64,000 bases of DNA, from IMG/VR virus record IMGVR_UViG_2541047494_000006; one strand, 5' to 3'. Of this stretch, positions 10,552 through 20,700 are shown in pieces. The DNA comes from an uncultured virus (IMG/VR IMGVR_UViG_2541047494_000006). Its lineage: Duplodnaviria; Heunggongvirae; Uroviricota; Caudoviricetes. The notes under the pieces were generated by a model. The model ran no database searches, was not told the DNA's origin, and saw nothing but the letters and a program-made list of their open reading frames with translations. Numbering within the stretch: the first letter of the stretch is position 1; each line of letters starts with the position of its first letter. A program made the translations under genes and the position numbers.

Positions 10552-12474
10552 TTAATATCCTCCTAAATTATTAATTTTCTCGTTTAATTCATTAATTATC
10601 ATCTCTAATTCTTCTCTTTTTTGTATTTCTTCTTGAAGTGCAGTTGCTACAACAGTTGTATAACCAGATGGGCTAAACATTAATCCATTTTCTTCTCCAT
10701 AGTCATATAGAAATGTTTTTCCAACATAACTATCTTTAAAATCATTAGCTATAAACCCTATTTGACTATCTGCAATTGTCCTATCTTTTTCTGCTATATA
10801 ATCAAATGTTGCTGGTTTAAAATCATCTCTTATAAAATCTAAAAATGGTGTTGGAGTGATACTTGAACGAGTTCTATTCTTAATATCTTTTATGTATACT
10901 ATATTCTCTTTAAACTTTTTATCAGATTCACTCAGAGTAGAACGAGCATATAAATATCTCCATTTATAACGCTCACAACCTAAATCAGTTACAGAACGCT
11001 CTGGATAAAATGAATATCCTACACCTAAACTATCTCCATTTGTAAATGTAAAAGTAGCTCCACCACATCTTACAAAAGTATCATCTCTTTCAACAATAAA
11101 GTGTTCTTCTCCATCAACATAAATCTCAGCAGTATCATATCCTACCCAAAAATAATTATTGCTATCATATTTTAATCTTATTGCTGAGGCTTGACTAGAA
11201 CCATCTGATTGTCTTGCATCTATTGCAAATCCAGACCTGCTACTTCCAAATAATCTGATTATTGGTTCATGTCCAGATGGAGTAGTTAATATATCACATG
11301 CTATAGCTCCTTGATTTACTGTTAGACCACTCCTGCTTATCTCTACATAATTTGATATATCATTAAATCCAAATTCAATTTTATCAGGTTTAATTCCTAC
11401 AATTGAGCCAGAGTTATTCCTTGTAACCATCATGGTTATATCATCTTTAGTTAATTTAATTTCAGCAGCATTTGTTTTAGTTGCACCATCAACTTTTGCT
11501 ACTTCTAATTTTATTTCTTTAGCTGTAGCATTTATCTGTGAAAATTCCTCTGATATACTTCCACCCATACCTGTTATGTAAATTTTATCGACTGTATTTT
11601 TAAGTTCATTTATCTTTAAGTTATATTGAGCATTTGCATTTATAGCTAAAATTCTGTCTGAAGGTGTAATTATACCATCTGAAATAACTGAATTGATTAT
11701 AGAGTTTAGATTGGTACTTGCTGCATTCAATGCTGTTTTTGAAGTATTTATTGCTACTAAGTCTACTCCAGTAGTTCTATCAATAAGTTTTTGTAGCTCT
11801 ATATATAAACTTGTTTTGTCTGTATCTAATAAATTAAGTTCAATATCAATCTTTTCTTTTTCTTCATCTGTAATCTCATTATCGTTAAAATAATTAGACA
11901 TATTAGAGCTAAATGTTCCTAAGTCTGTATTTAACTTAATTATAGCTTTATTTATGTTTTCTCTTAATATTATATTTTCTTGTGAACCACCAAAATTTTT
12001 AGTTACTTCTTTTACTAATATATTTACATTTTCAGCTCTCTGGTCTATAAGAGACATATTTTCTTTTATATGAGATGCATCTTCTTGTACTTCTAAAACT
12101 GTTTGATGTATTCCATCTATGTCTTTTTCAATAACTACAAACTTTTCATTGTGTTCTTCATCAGTTTCATACAATCCCCAGATTTGTTCTTCAGTGTTTT
12201 TTCTTGAATTACCATCAAAAGATATATTGAATATTGATGAGTTTATAGGAACTTCTGTATGCTTTCCATTATCATTTACAACTACTAAAAATTGTGTATT
12301 TCCTTCTGGTAATCTTACATTAGAAACTTTCAATGTCCCTGGATTATCAGCATCCCAGTATATATATTTTTTATTTGTTTCTTTATCTACTACCTGATAA
12401 AGTGTGTTATTATAAGTAACAATTACTCCAGTAATTCTAATCCATGAATCTGCTGGTGAATTATCCAATATCAA
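10552..12474 (-). CDS. Tail spike/fibre with C-terminal intramolecular chaperone (peptidase S74-like)
   Basis: SDKKFKENI...IGFIA motif followed by a terminal coiled coil. Confidence 0.75.
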   Translation of the reverse strand: MILDNSPADSWIRITGVIVTYNNTLYQVVDKETNKKYIYWDADNPGTLKVSNVRLPEGNTQFLVVVNDNGKHTEVPINSSIFNISFDGNSRKNTEEQIWGLYETDEEHNEKFVVIEKDIDGIHQTVLEVQEDASHIKENMSLIDQRAENVNILVKEVTKNFGGSQENIILRENINKAIIKLNTDLGTFSSNMSNYFNDNEITDEEKEKIDIELNLLDTDKTSLYIELQKLIDRTTGVDLVAINTSKTALNAASTNLNSIINSVISDGIITPSDRILAINANAQYNLKINELKNTVDKIYITGMGGSISEEFSQINATAKEIKLEVAKVDGATKTNAAEIKLTKDDITMMVTRNNSGSIVGIKPDKIEFGFNDISNYVEISRSGLTVNQGAIACDILTTPSGHEPIIRLFGSSRSGFAIDARQSDGSSQASAIRLKYDSNNYFWVGYDTAEIYVDGEEHFIVERDDTFVRCGGATFTFTNGDSLGVGYSFYPERSVTDLGCERYKWRYLYARSTLSESDKKFKENIVYIKDIKNRTRSSITPTPFLDFIRDDFKPATFDYIAEKDRTIADSQIGFIANDFKDSYVGKTFLYDYGEENGLMFSPSGYTTVVATALQEEIQKREELEMIINELNEKINNLGGY

Positions 12475-12475
12475 T

Positions 12476-14191
12476 TTACATCAGCTCCTTTTGTATATTT
12501 TTCTTAGGAATATATTCATCTGGTAGGTTAATTCTTTTCTTCTGTTGCTGAATAAATAAATGTCTTTTAGAGTTCAATGTTCTTGTTGCATGTTCAGCTT
12601 TAGTCAAATAATCAGCTATAGTTCTTTTGTCATCTTCTTTTATTTTTTTATTACTTAAAGTTAATTCTAAAGTATCCAATTTCCCATTTTTTAAATTCTG
12701 GGTAAAAGATGTAAAATATACTAATTCTTCTTCTTTAGATTCTTTGCTATGTAACACTATAATATCTCCCAGACTTAAATCACCCTTCCAATGCTGTCTA
12801 AAATTAATATCTATAATTCTATCTAAGAAGTTTATAACATCCAGAGTCCATTCTCGTGTTGGAATACATTTCAAACTTAATTGCCTTTTACCTTCTGCTA
12901 TTAAATCTTCAACTTTTAAAAAAGCATCATTTGTATAAGTGTCATAGTAGAGGAACTCATTTAATTCATCTAATAGAACCTCATTAAATATTAGATATCC
13001 ATCCTCATCAGTTGAAGTCTCCCTCTTACAAAGAATATTTATATCTTTTATACTTTCATTTAACTTAGCTATTTCTTCTTCTAAATGTTTTATTTGAACA
13101 TCCAATATGACTTTTTTATCTTCTAGTTCACTTATCTCTACTGCTATTTTAGCTGAATTTACTTCATCTTTATGTTGTGGATTATCATATGTCTTTTTTA
13201 TATCTTTTTTCTTACTTATCATTTCTATTACCATTTGCCATTCGTTGCTTTTACTATCACGTTCTCTTTGTTTCTTAAGCTTTGTATCTATTAATTCTCT
13301 CCAAATTGGCTCTCTTATTTCATTCATTTCTTGATATTTCTTTATAGCTCTACTAAGTTCTTCACTCATTTCTTTATTGTCTAAGAAATAAGAATAATTC
13401 TCAATGTAATCATATCCTGTAACTGTAGCTCCTATTACATTCATATCTTCACTACCTTCAAGCTTCAGTCTAGTTACTATATCATCACTATTTGTAGTTC
13501 TTTCAAGTGATTTTATGTAGTTATCATGAGATAAATATAACTGAATGTTATCTCCAAAACTGTCTATATGATACAAATTAACTAAATTATTATAAGTGTC
13601 AAAATCAGCTATACACTCAAATTGTTCTTTTAGTTCATTATTGAAATAATCTAACCAATTAGAATTAATACTCTCTTGCCATCTTACTTTTTCTCTCTTA
13701 TTACCTTCACTATCAGTTTCATAAGCAATTGAATCATCCACATAACCAAGTTTCCAGCCTGTCTCTTGTTTTAAATAATCATTAAGAGATATAATAGATG
13801 CTTCTTCATCTTTGGTAAACATCTGTAATCCATAGTCCTCAATATTCACATCAATTTTTCCTAGTTTAACTTCTTTAGATTTAGCTGTTACTACTTTTAA
13901 TTTATCGTCTGTAGTCACAACATTCTTAACTACAAAATATTCTTTATTATTAAGACAAATAAGACGTTCTTCTTTTACTTCTTCAAAAATGGGATTTATT
14001 ATTTTATTAAATAAAAATCTATCTGTAATATATTTTGGAATGGTCAGTTGTATTTCATCTACTCCACCAAGCTCACGCTTTATAGAATTTAAAAAGTTGA
14101 TTGGGATTTGACCTAAAAATGATTTGTTCATCTTGTGAATGGTTAATGTGTAATCAGATTTTATCTGTTTAAGATTCACATTAAAATGCAT
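12476..14191 (-). CDS. Phage tail protein (Tal / prophage tail endopeptidase family)
   Basis: IKSLERTTNSDDIVTRL and LSLGDIIVL motifs; position between TMP and baseplate genes. Confidence 0.7.
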   Translation of the reverse strand: MHFNVNLKQIKSDYTLTIHKMNKSFLGQIPINFLNSIKRELGGVDEIQLTIPKYITDRFLFNKIINPIFEEVKEERLICLNNKEYFVVKNVVTTDDKLKVVTAKSKEVKLGKIDVNIEDYGLQMFTKDEEASIISLNDYLKQETGWKLGYVDDSIAYETDSEGNKREKVRWQESINSNWLDYFNNELKEQFECIADFDTYNNLVNLYHIDSFGDNIQLYLSHDNYIKSLERTTNSDDIVTRLKLEGSEDMNVIGATVTGYDYIENYSYFLDNKEMSEELSRAIKKYQEMNEIREPIWRELIDTKLKKQRERDSKSNEWQMVIEMISKKKDIKKTYDNPQHKDEVNSAKIAVEISELEDKKVILDVQIKHLEEEIAKLNESIKDINILCKRETSTDEDGYLIFNEVLLDELNEFLYYDTYTNDAFLKVEDLIAEGKRQLSLKCIPTREWTLDVINFLDRIIDINFRQHWKGDLSLGDIIVLHSKESKEEELVYFTSFTQNLKNGKLDTLELTLSNKKIKEDDKRTIADYLTKAEHATRTLNSKRHLFIQQQKKRINLPDEYIPKKNIQKELM

Positions 14192-14393
14192 ATTTTATCA
14201 CCTTCTTTGTATTAGAAAAGCCCATCAATTAAGATGAGCTAAAATATTTTATTAATTGTAAAATTATGGTATAATCTAGTATAGTAAGGAATTTTAAATC
14301 GAAAGTGCTAAGAGTGGTTGTTTCTGTATTTAGCCTACTTCTTCAAAGGAAGGAGGTGAGCCTCGCTTTATTTTTTTATAAGGAGGTGAATTT

Positions 14394-14510
14394 ATGGAAA
14401 CAGTAGTGTTTAATATTTGCCTAAATATTGCAACAAGTTTAATAGCTTGTTACATATATGATAAAGCAAAAAACCACTCAGACGCCAATAAGAGTGGTTT
14501 CAAAAGATAA
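14394..14510 (+). CDS. Type I toxin peptide, 38 aa
   Basis: METVVFNICLNIATSLIACYIYDKAKNHSDANKSGFKR*; SD AGGAGGTG; hydrophobic N-terminus plus basic tail as in C. difficile type I toxins; extended -10 TGGTATAAT at ~14266-14274. Confidence 0.8.
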   Translation: METVVFNICLNIATSLIACYIYDKAKNHSDANKSGFKR

Positions 14511-14572
14511 ATTAATTTTTAATTAACTTTAAGGAAACAATCACTCTTTGTATTAAGTAGATTAAATTCCTT
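14467..14572 (-). ncRNA. Antisense antitoxin RNA of type I TA locus 1
   Basis: Minus-strand TG-G-TATAAT promoter at ~14579-14587; hairpin AACCACTC..GAGTGGTT (14472-14499) followed by a U-run on the minus strand. Confidence 0.6.
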
Positions 14573-14707
14573 ACTTTTATTATACCACAGATACGTTTTT
14601 TGTAAAACAGATTCGTTTACAGTTAATAAATAAAAAATCACTAGATAAAGACGATTACTGATATCAACTAATACATATTTAAAATAGGTATATTATAAAT
14701 CATTTCA

Positions 14708-14863
14708 TTATTCAAAATTCACTTCAATATCTTCAAGGTCTTTTTCATTAATATTTAGGTCTTTCAGAATCTCCCTTTGAGATATTAGTTCTTTTTCATC
14801 TATATCTTTCATTCTTATTTCTGCCTCAATAAGAAGCTTACAATCTTCTATATTATTTATCAT
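14708..14863 (-). CDS. Small hypothetical protein, 51 aa
   Basis: SD AAGGAGGTG precedes the ATG at 14863, so the start is shorter than in the ORF track. Confidence 0.5.
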   Translation of the reverse strand: MINNIEDCKLLIEAEIRMKDIDEKELISQREILKDLNINEKDLEDIEVNFE

Positions 14864-15121
14864 TTGTAACACCTCCTTAAATATATACCAGAATAGAAAA
14901 ATAGCCACTTTTTAAGGTGGCATAGATAAGTAGTAATTCTTATGTAAAATTTTTAAATTTTCTGTTATCTGTATTATATCTTTATTCTACTCCTGTCGTC
15001 AATATAATATTAAATTTAACATATTGGAAAATTATGGTATAATATTTTTAGAGACTACAGTTTAGACTATTAGGGTGATGGCTCTTTAGTTAAAATCCCC
15101 AGTAAGAAAGGGGGTGAGACT

Positions 15122-15283
15122 ATGGAGTACTTAGTTTTGTTTTTAATAATGATAATTATGATTACAAGAATAATCAATCATTTGACAAAGCTAATAGATG
15201 CAATCTTAAACTTGAAAGCATCTATTAGAAAACTAAAGAATCACCAGACTGGCGGGTCTAGTGATTCTGAAAGTAATACATAA
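15122..15283 (+). CDS. Type I toxin-like membrane peptide, 53 aa
   Basis: MEYLVLFLIMIIMITRIINHLTKLIDAILNLKASIRKLKNHQTGGSSDSESNT*; SD GGGGGTG; mRNA 5' AGAGACTACA complementary to 3' TGTAGTCTCT. Confidence 0.75.
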   Translation: MEYLVLFLIMIIMITRIINHLTKLIDAILNLKASIRKLKNHQTGGSSDSESNT

Positions 15284-15382
15284 ATCTATTCTTTTTATTG
15301 TTAACTTTAAGAACTACACCCTACAGCAAATAGTTTGTAGTCTCTTTTTTATGTCCCTATGATATAAATTTATATCATTTAT
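15230..15382 (-). ncRNA. Antisense antitoxin RNA of type I TA locus 2
   Basis: Minus-strand TTGACT-N18-TATAAT at 15418..15389; hairpin at 15237-15268. Confidence 0.55.
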
Positions 15383-15643
15383 ATTACTATTATACTCCAA
15401 TATTATCAAAATAGTCAATGTTGTCATTATCTTCATTGAAAAATAAAAAAGCTATACTATTAATAGAATAACTTCTTAGAACACAATATTCTTTTACAAT
15501 TGTAGACAATATAATATTAAATTTAACATATTGGTAATTTATGGTATAATATTTTTAGAGACTACATAAAAAAACTATTAGGGTGAATCTTCATATACAT
15601 AAGCCTTCCCATGTCAAATCAAGAGGGGAGGTGATATGATATT

Positions 15644-15823
15644 ATGAAATATCTAATTTGTTTGTTAACGATAATAACATTTCTTACAACTATAATTATT
15701 AGTTTGATTAAGTTGGTTCAGAATTTAAATAGACTCTTTAAAGAAATAGATGAGTTTAAGAAAACGTTGCAAAAAATTAAGAATCACCCGAACGGCAATT
15801 CAGGTGATTCTTCCTCTAATTAA
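15644..15823 (+). CDS. Type I toxin-like membrane peptide, 59 aa (paralog of 15122..15283)
   Basis: MKYLICLLTIITFLTTIIISLIKLVQNLNRLFKEIDEFKKTLQKIKNHPNGNSGDSSSN*; same flanking elements as locus 2. Confidence 0.75.
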   Translation: MKYLICLLTIITFLTTIIISLIKLVQNLNRLFKEIDEFKKTLQKIKNHPNGNSGDSSSN

Positions 15824-15915
15824 TACTTAGCTTATTTATGAAGAGACACCCTACCGCAAATAGTTTGTAGTCTCTTTTTTTTATGTCTTTAATGATATAA
15901 ATTTATATCATTTAT
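15770..15915 (-). ncRNA. Antisense antitoxin RNA of type I TA locus 3
   Basis: Minus-strand TTGACT..TATAAT promoter (~15951..15922); hairpin at 15779-15812. Confidence 0.55.
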
Positions 15916-16036
15916 ATTACTATTATACTCTAATATTGTCATAATAGTCAATGTTGTTATAATTGACAATGCAGAGAAATAAAAATCATTCTAACTATAG
16001 AATGTTTTCTCATTGATATTTATATTATGTCTAACA

Positions 16037-17032
16037 TTAACTTTGAATCTTTTTAAATAAATCAGAGCTATAATCATTTATATCAGATATATTTATTATA
16101 TTATATTTAGATTTTATATTATTAAAGTATTCATCAATGACCTCTTTTTCTATAACATTACTAGAAGATTCATATTTGCCTAAACCTTGTCTATTAACAA
16201 CCCAAGGTTTTTCCTCATGTGTCATTCTTTCTAATATTTTTCCACTATAGCATCCAAAGTATTTAATCACAGCATCAACAATCTTTTCTTCCATATCATT
16301 ATCTAATGAAATTATATTGTTCTCATACTCTATTTGATTTCTTCCAAAATCTCTATATTTCTCATATACATTTCTGTATACAGGGCCATGAACCCATGCT
16401 TCACAATCATCATCAAATAAATTATTCTTAGTAAATAATCTAGTAAATGCTTGTGAATAGTATAATAGTTTTTGTAAAGCTAGAGGTGTTATCTCTTCAC
16501 ATTTTGATATTATATATTCAGCCACAGCTCCTATTTTATCATTCTTTAAAAATAATTCTCTTTCTTCTATTTCCAAGATGGACTCTCTACATTTTCTATA
16601 TGCTACTTTAGTTATATTTTCTTTATTTGACTCTAATATATCTTTCATTTCAGTCGAATTGTTGAGTATTGACTTTAACTTGTCAGAATATGATTTTGTA
16701 GGAATATCTCCTTCTAAGTATCTAGTTATTGTAACCTCACCCCATCCTAACAACAATGAAAGTGGTTTTTTACCAATATTATATTTTTCTAATATGTCTC
16801 CAATTTCTTCTTTGCTGATTATGTTATCCATTTCAGCAATCTTAGAATATAAAGATTTTAAATTTTCATCATTAATTTCACTTACATAAACCATTTCTCC
16901 ACATTCTTCACAGAACGCTTCTTTCTTTTGGTATTTAACTTCTTTTCCTCTAACTTTTTTTATTTCCTCTTTTGACTTAACAGTGTAAGTAACATCATAT
17001 AAGCAAAATTCACAGAATGTTTTTTCTCTCAT
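16037..17032 (-). CDS. Antitoxin: MqsA-like Zn ribbon + HTH + Panacea (DUF4065/SocA) domain
   Basis: CxxC...CxxC N-terminus, HTH LSLLLGWGEVTITRY, Panacea motifs LQKLLYYSQ, AWVHGPV, THEEKPW. Confidence 0.85.
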   Translation of the reverse strand: MREKTFCEFCLYDVTYTVKSKEEIKKVRGKEVKYQKKEAFCEECGEMVYVSEINDENLKSLYSKIAEMDNIISKEEIGDILEKYNIGKKPLSLLLGWGEVTITRYLEGDIPTKSYSDKLKSILNNSTEMKDILESNKENITKVAYRKCRESILEIEERELFLKNDKIGAVAEYIISKCEEITPLALQKLLYYSQAFTRLFTKNNLFDDDCEAWVHGPVYRNVYEKYRDFGRNQIEYENNIISLDNDMEEKIVDAVIKYFGCYSGKILERMTHEEKPWVVNRQGLGKYESSSNVIEKEVIDEYFNNIKSKYNIINISDINDYSSDLFKKIQS

Positions 17033-17123
17033 AGTGTGCTTGCCTCCTATTTAACTTAGAAATATAAATCTATATACCTCTAAATTCCCCTTATTATAAG
17101 TATTGACCTCTTTTATGGTTTTC

Positions 17124-17540
17124 TCATTCTTTTTTATACATATAATTAATTTTATCATTAGCCTTATGAAAAGATATTACGATAACAAATTTACCTTCGC
17201 TCTTCATATTTTCTTCTATACAAAATTTTATATACGTTTCAACATCTTCTACTTCATTATTTAAACAAGTCAATCTATATGTTTTACCAAAAAAATAGAC
17301 AAGTTTATTTCTATCTTTTACATGGAAATCTTTTTTTGAGAAGTCTTCAATAGTTAAACTCTTTAACATTTCTAGTTGAGTGTTTTCATTCAAATTGTAA
17401 TTTTCTATAAAATCATCATTCTCTTTTCTTTTGAGACCTCTAGATATTATAAAACATCTTTTTTCTAGACATGTTTTAAATTCATTTAAAATTTTTTCAA
17501 CATGTTCTTTTTCAAAATTTAATTGTATGTTTTTTTCCAA
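17124..17540 (-). CDS. MqsR/RelE-like toxin, putative partner of the downstream antitoxin
   Basis: Upstream of the MqsA/Panacea gene; YIKF...VIVISFH C-terminal motif. Confidence 0.65.
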   Translation of the reverse strand: MEKNIQLNFEKEHVEKILNEFKTCLEKRCFIISRGLKRKENDDFIENYNLNENTQLEMLKSLTIEDFSKKDFHVKDRNKLVYFFGKTYRLTCLNNEVEDVETYIKFCIEENMKSEGKFVIVISFHKANDKINYMYKKE

Positions 17541-17745
17541 TACGCTTTTCTCCTTAAGTTTATTTACACTTAATTCATACAGTCAACTGTTCCCCTTAAT
17601 TTATTCAATCTACATATAGCAATAAAGATTAAAATCTCATACAATTATATTATAATACTTTTTTTAAATAAAATCAAGTTATATAGTATAAATAGTATCA
17701 TTTATTATAATTTTATTTTGATATTACATAAAATAGTATCATTTA

Positions 17746-20700
17746 TTATGATTTAATATTTTCTACTATTTTTCTATATACTCTATTCTCTAAATCTCTA
17801 CCAAACTTCTCTAAGTCTTTCATTGAATCTTTAGTTACATTTCCTTGCACAACAAAGAACGGTGAGTTAAAATTAACTTCTGATATTGGAGATGCACTTC
17901 TTGAACGAGAATTTGAAGGCGGTGTATAATTAGGCATAGCAAATTTACTTAAATCTAATTCATCCAATATGTCATTAATATCTTCTAATGTCTCTTTACC
18001 TTCTTTTAATCTATCGAGCCATTCCTGCTTAGTGACAGAACCCATTGCCAACATACCATCTTCATATTTATTTATGTATTCAATAATAGCATCTTGAAGT
18101 TTCTTAACCTCTCCATCAAGACCTACAAATTTACCGCTTGAAATTGCTTCATTAATTAAATCAACTAAATTTTCATCTGAGTATTTTTTCTCTAACTCTT
18201 CTTTTAACTTATCTGCTTCTTCTTGTAGTCTGTCAGACTCCTTATCATACATATCATTGACTTGGTCGTCCACATGGTCTTGTACTAAATCCTGTAATTT
18301 CTTCTGTTCTTCTTTTAATTGTTTTTGTAAATCTTTAAGTTTCTTCTGACCACTTAAAGAACTATCTCTTTCAGCTATTGCTATTTGTTTTTCTAAATCA
18401 CTTATTACATCTTGTTGTTCTTCATAATCATCTTTATATTTAGCTTCTTTTCTTGAATCATTGTAAGCATCTTGTTGCTTTTTAAGAGAATCAATTTTAG
18501 CTTTAGTTTCTTTATCTATTTCTTTAAGTCTCTCTTCAAGCTCTTTTTTATACATGTCTCTAATTTTTTCTTGTAGGCTTTGAGCTTCTTTAAGCTGGTC
18601 TTTATAAGCATCTTGAATCTCTTTATTTAAATCTTCTATTTCTTCTTTATTTTGTTGAATTTGTTTATTAGCATCAGGTAAATCTTTAAGAAGTAAATCT
18701 AAATATTTCTTAGCATTTTCTGCTATTTCTTTGTATTTATCTGCATCTTTATTATTTTTTAGAAACTCTAATTGTTGCTCATAATTTGTTATGCTTTTAC
18801 CATCAGCAGAAAATTTAAACCCTTCTTTTGATAACCCTTCTCTTAACTCTTTTGCAGTATCTTCATAGACTTTAATAACATCTTTAATTTCCTTAGCTTG
18901 TTTGGCCAATAACTCTTTCTTCTTTTCAATTAAGTCTAACTTTTCATCACCTTCAGCATTTTTCATAAGAATGTCTATTAAGTCTATTTCGTTTTGTATT
19001 TCAGTAACATGTTTTTGAGCTGAAGTTAAAGCAGCTTCCCTAGCAATCTCTTTTAATTCTTTTTTAAATTCCTCTGCTGCTCTAGTTGATTCTATAAGAG
19101 AATTTGTTACTTCTTGTTGAGCATCTGCAACTTTCGGTATCTCAGTAAAAGCAATCTTTAAATATTCTTCAACAACCTTTTTCTCTTCTTCTATTTTCTT
19201 CTTACGTTCTTCACTCTTTTTACTACCTTTGTCGCTCTCTGATTGCTTATCTAACTTCTCTAATTCTTTTTCTAATGATATTAATTTTTCTTCATAACTA
19301 GTTAAGTTATCATCATCTGAAAAAGTGTACTTATAATCTTTTTTAAGTCTATCTTTTAGTCTATTCTTTTGAGTATTAAGTGCCTTATCTTTTTGGTCTA
19401 ACAATGTTAGTTCTTCTTTATATAAAGCGTTTTGTTCTTCAAGATATTTAAGTTTATCTTTTCCACTTGCATATTTCATTTTCTTATCTAAAAGAGATAT
19501 TCTATCTGTAACTTTAGATATCGCATTTTCTAATTCTTTTAGTAACTCAATGCTATATTTTACTGCTGCATCAATAGATTTTGTATCTAATGCTATTTTA
19601 GGAGTTTTAGTTATACGAGAGAATTTCTCCGTAAGAGTTTTGACTGGAGATGTGGCTCTTGATACTGCTCTTGAGAATAGAGATGGTTTTGTTACAGGAG
19701 TTTCGTCACTTATTGGTACTGGTTCTGACGTTCTAGGTTGGGCTGATAGATTAGCTGGAATTGCTTGTGTAGTTTCTATAGAATTTATGGATTGCACACT
19801 TTTTCTATTACTCTTTAATCCACCTAATATATTATTTGCAAATTGAGAAGCAATTCCTCCTAGAGTCCCTACTGTACGAAGATGTGCTGTTATTGTAAAA
19901 CTCTTATCACTTAGTTTTTTATTTTCAGTTTGACGAATTGTTTCTAAAGCAGCAGAATTATTCGCTTTAAGTTTAGCCCACTTGTCTTTTATTGTTTTTT
20001 TATCAACACTATCTATGCCCTCAATAGCTCCTTCAATAGCTGCAATTACCTCAACTTGTTTTTCAGGAGGTAATTTTTCTATTTCAGCAATTAATGAATT
20101 AATATCTCCATTAGTTAGTGATTTTATTATATTTATTTTTACGTCTTTGTCTAGGTCTAAAGCATTTAAATTCTCAACTTCATCTAATGCATCTGGATTA
20201 TTTACTATAAGATTAGCTATAATGTCTTTGCTTTCAGGGAAATCATTATAAAGTTGTTCTATTAAATATAACTTATCTTCATTATTTAACATAAAATTAA
20301 GAACTTGATTTTTTTGTTCATCTGGTGTTGATTCATATAGTTTTGTAGCTCTCTCAAGCTCATCTGCATTTTCTACAGCAAAGCTAACAACCTTACTTTT
20401 TGTTTCTTCTGGAACATTATCATATAGTTTTTGAAATGCTTCAGCCTTTTCTGGATTTTTAATTATAACTTCGGCAAATACTTTTTTATCTTTTTTGTCT
20501 TCTAATCCATCATATATAGATTTCATTTTATCAAAATCATCTAAACCATTTAAATTTATGCTATAATCCATAGCTATAGTTGGATTATCCATAAGCCATT
20601 TTTGTACGGCTTCATAGTCCTTTAGATTTTTTAAACTATCAACATTATCAGTTATAAATTTATTAGTAAAAGTTGAATTTGTTGGAAGATTTTTTACTAT

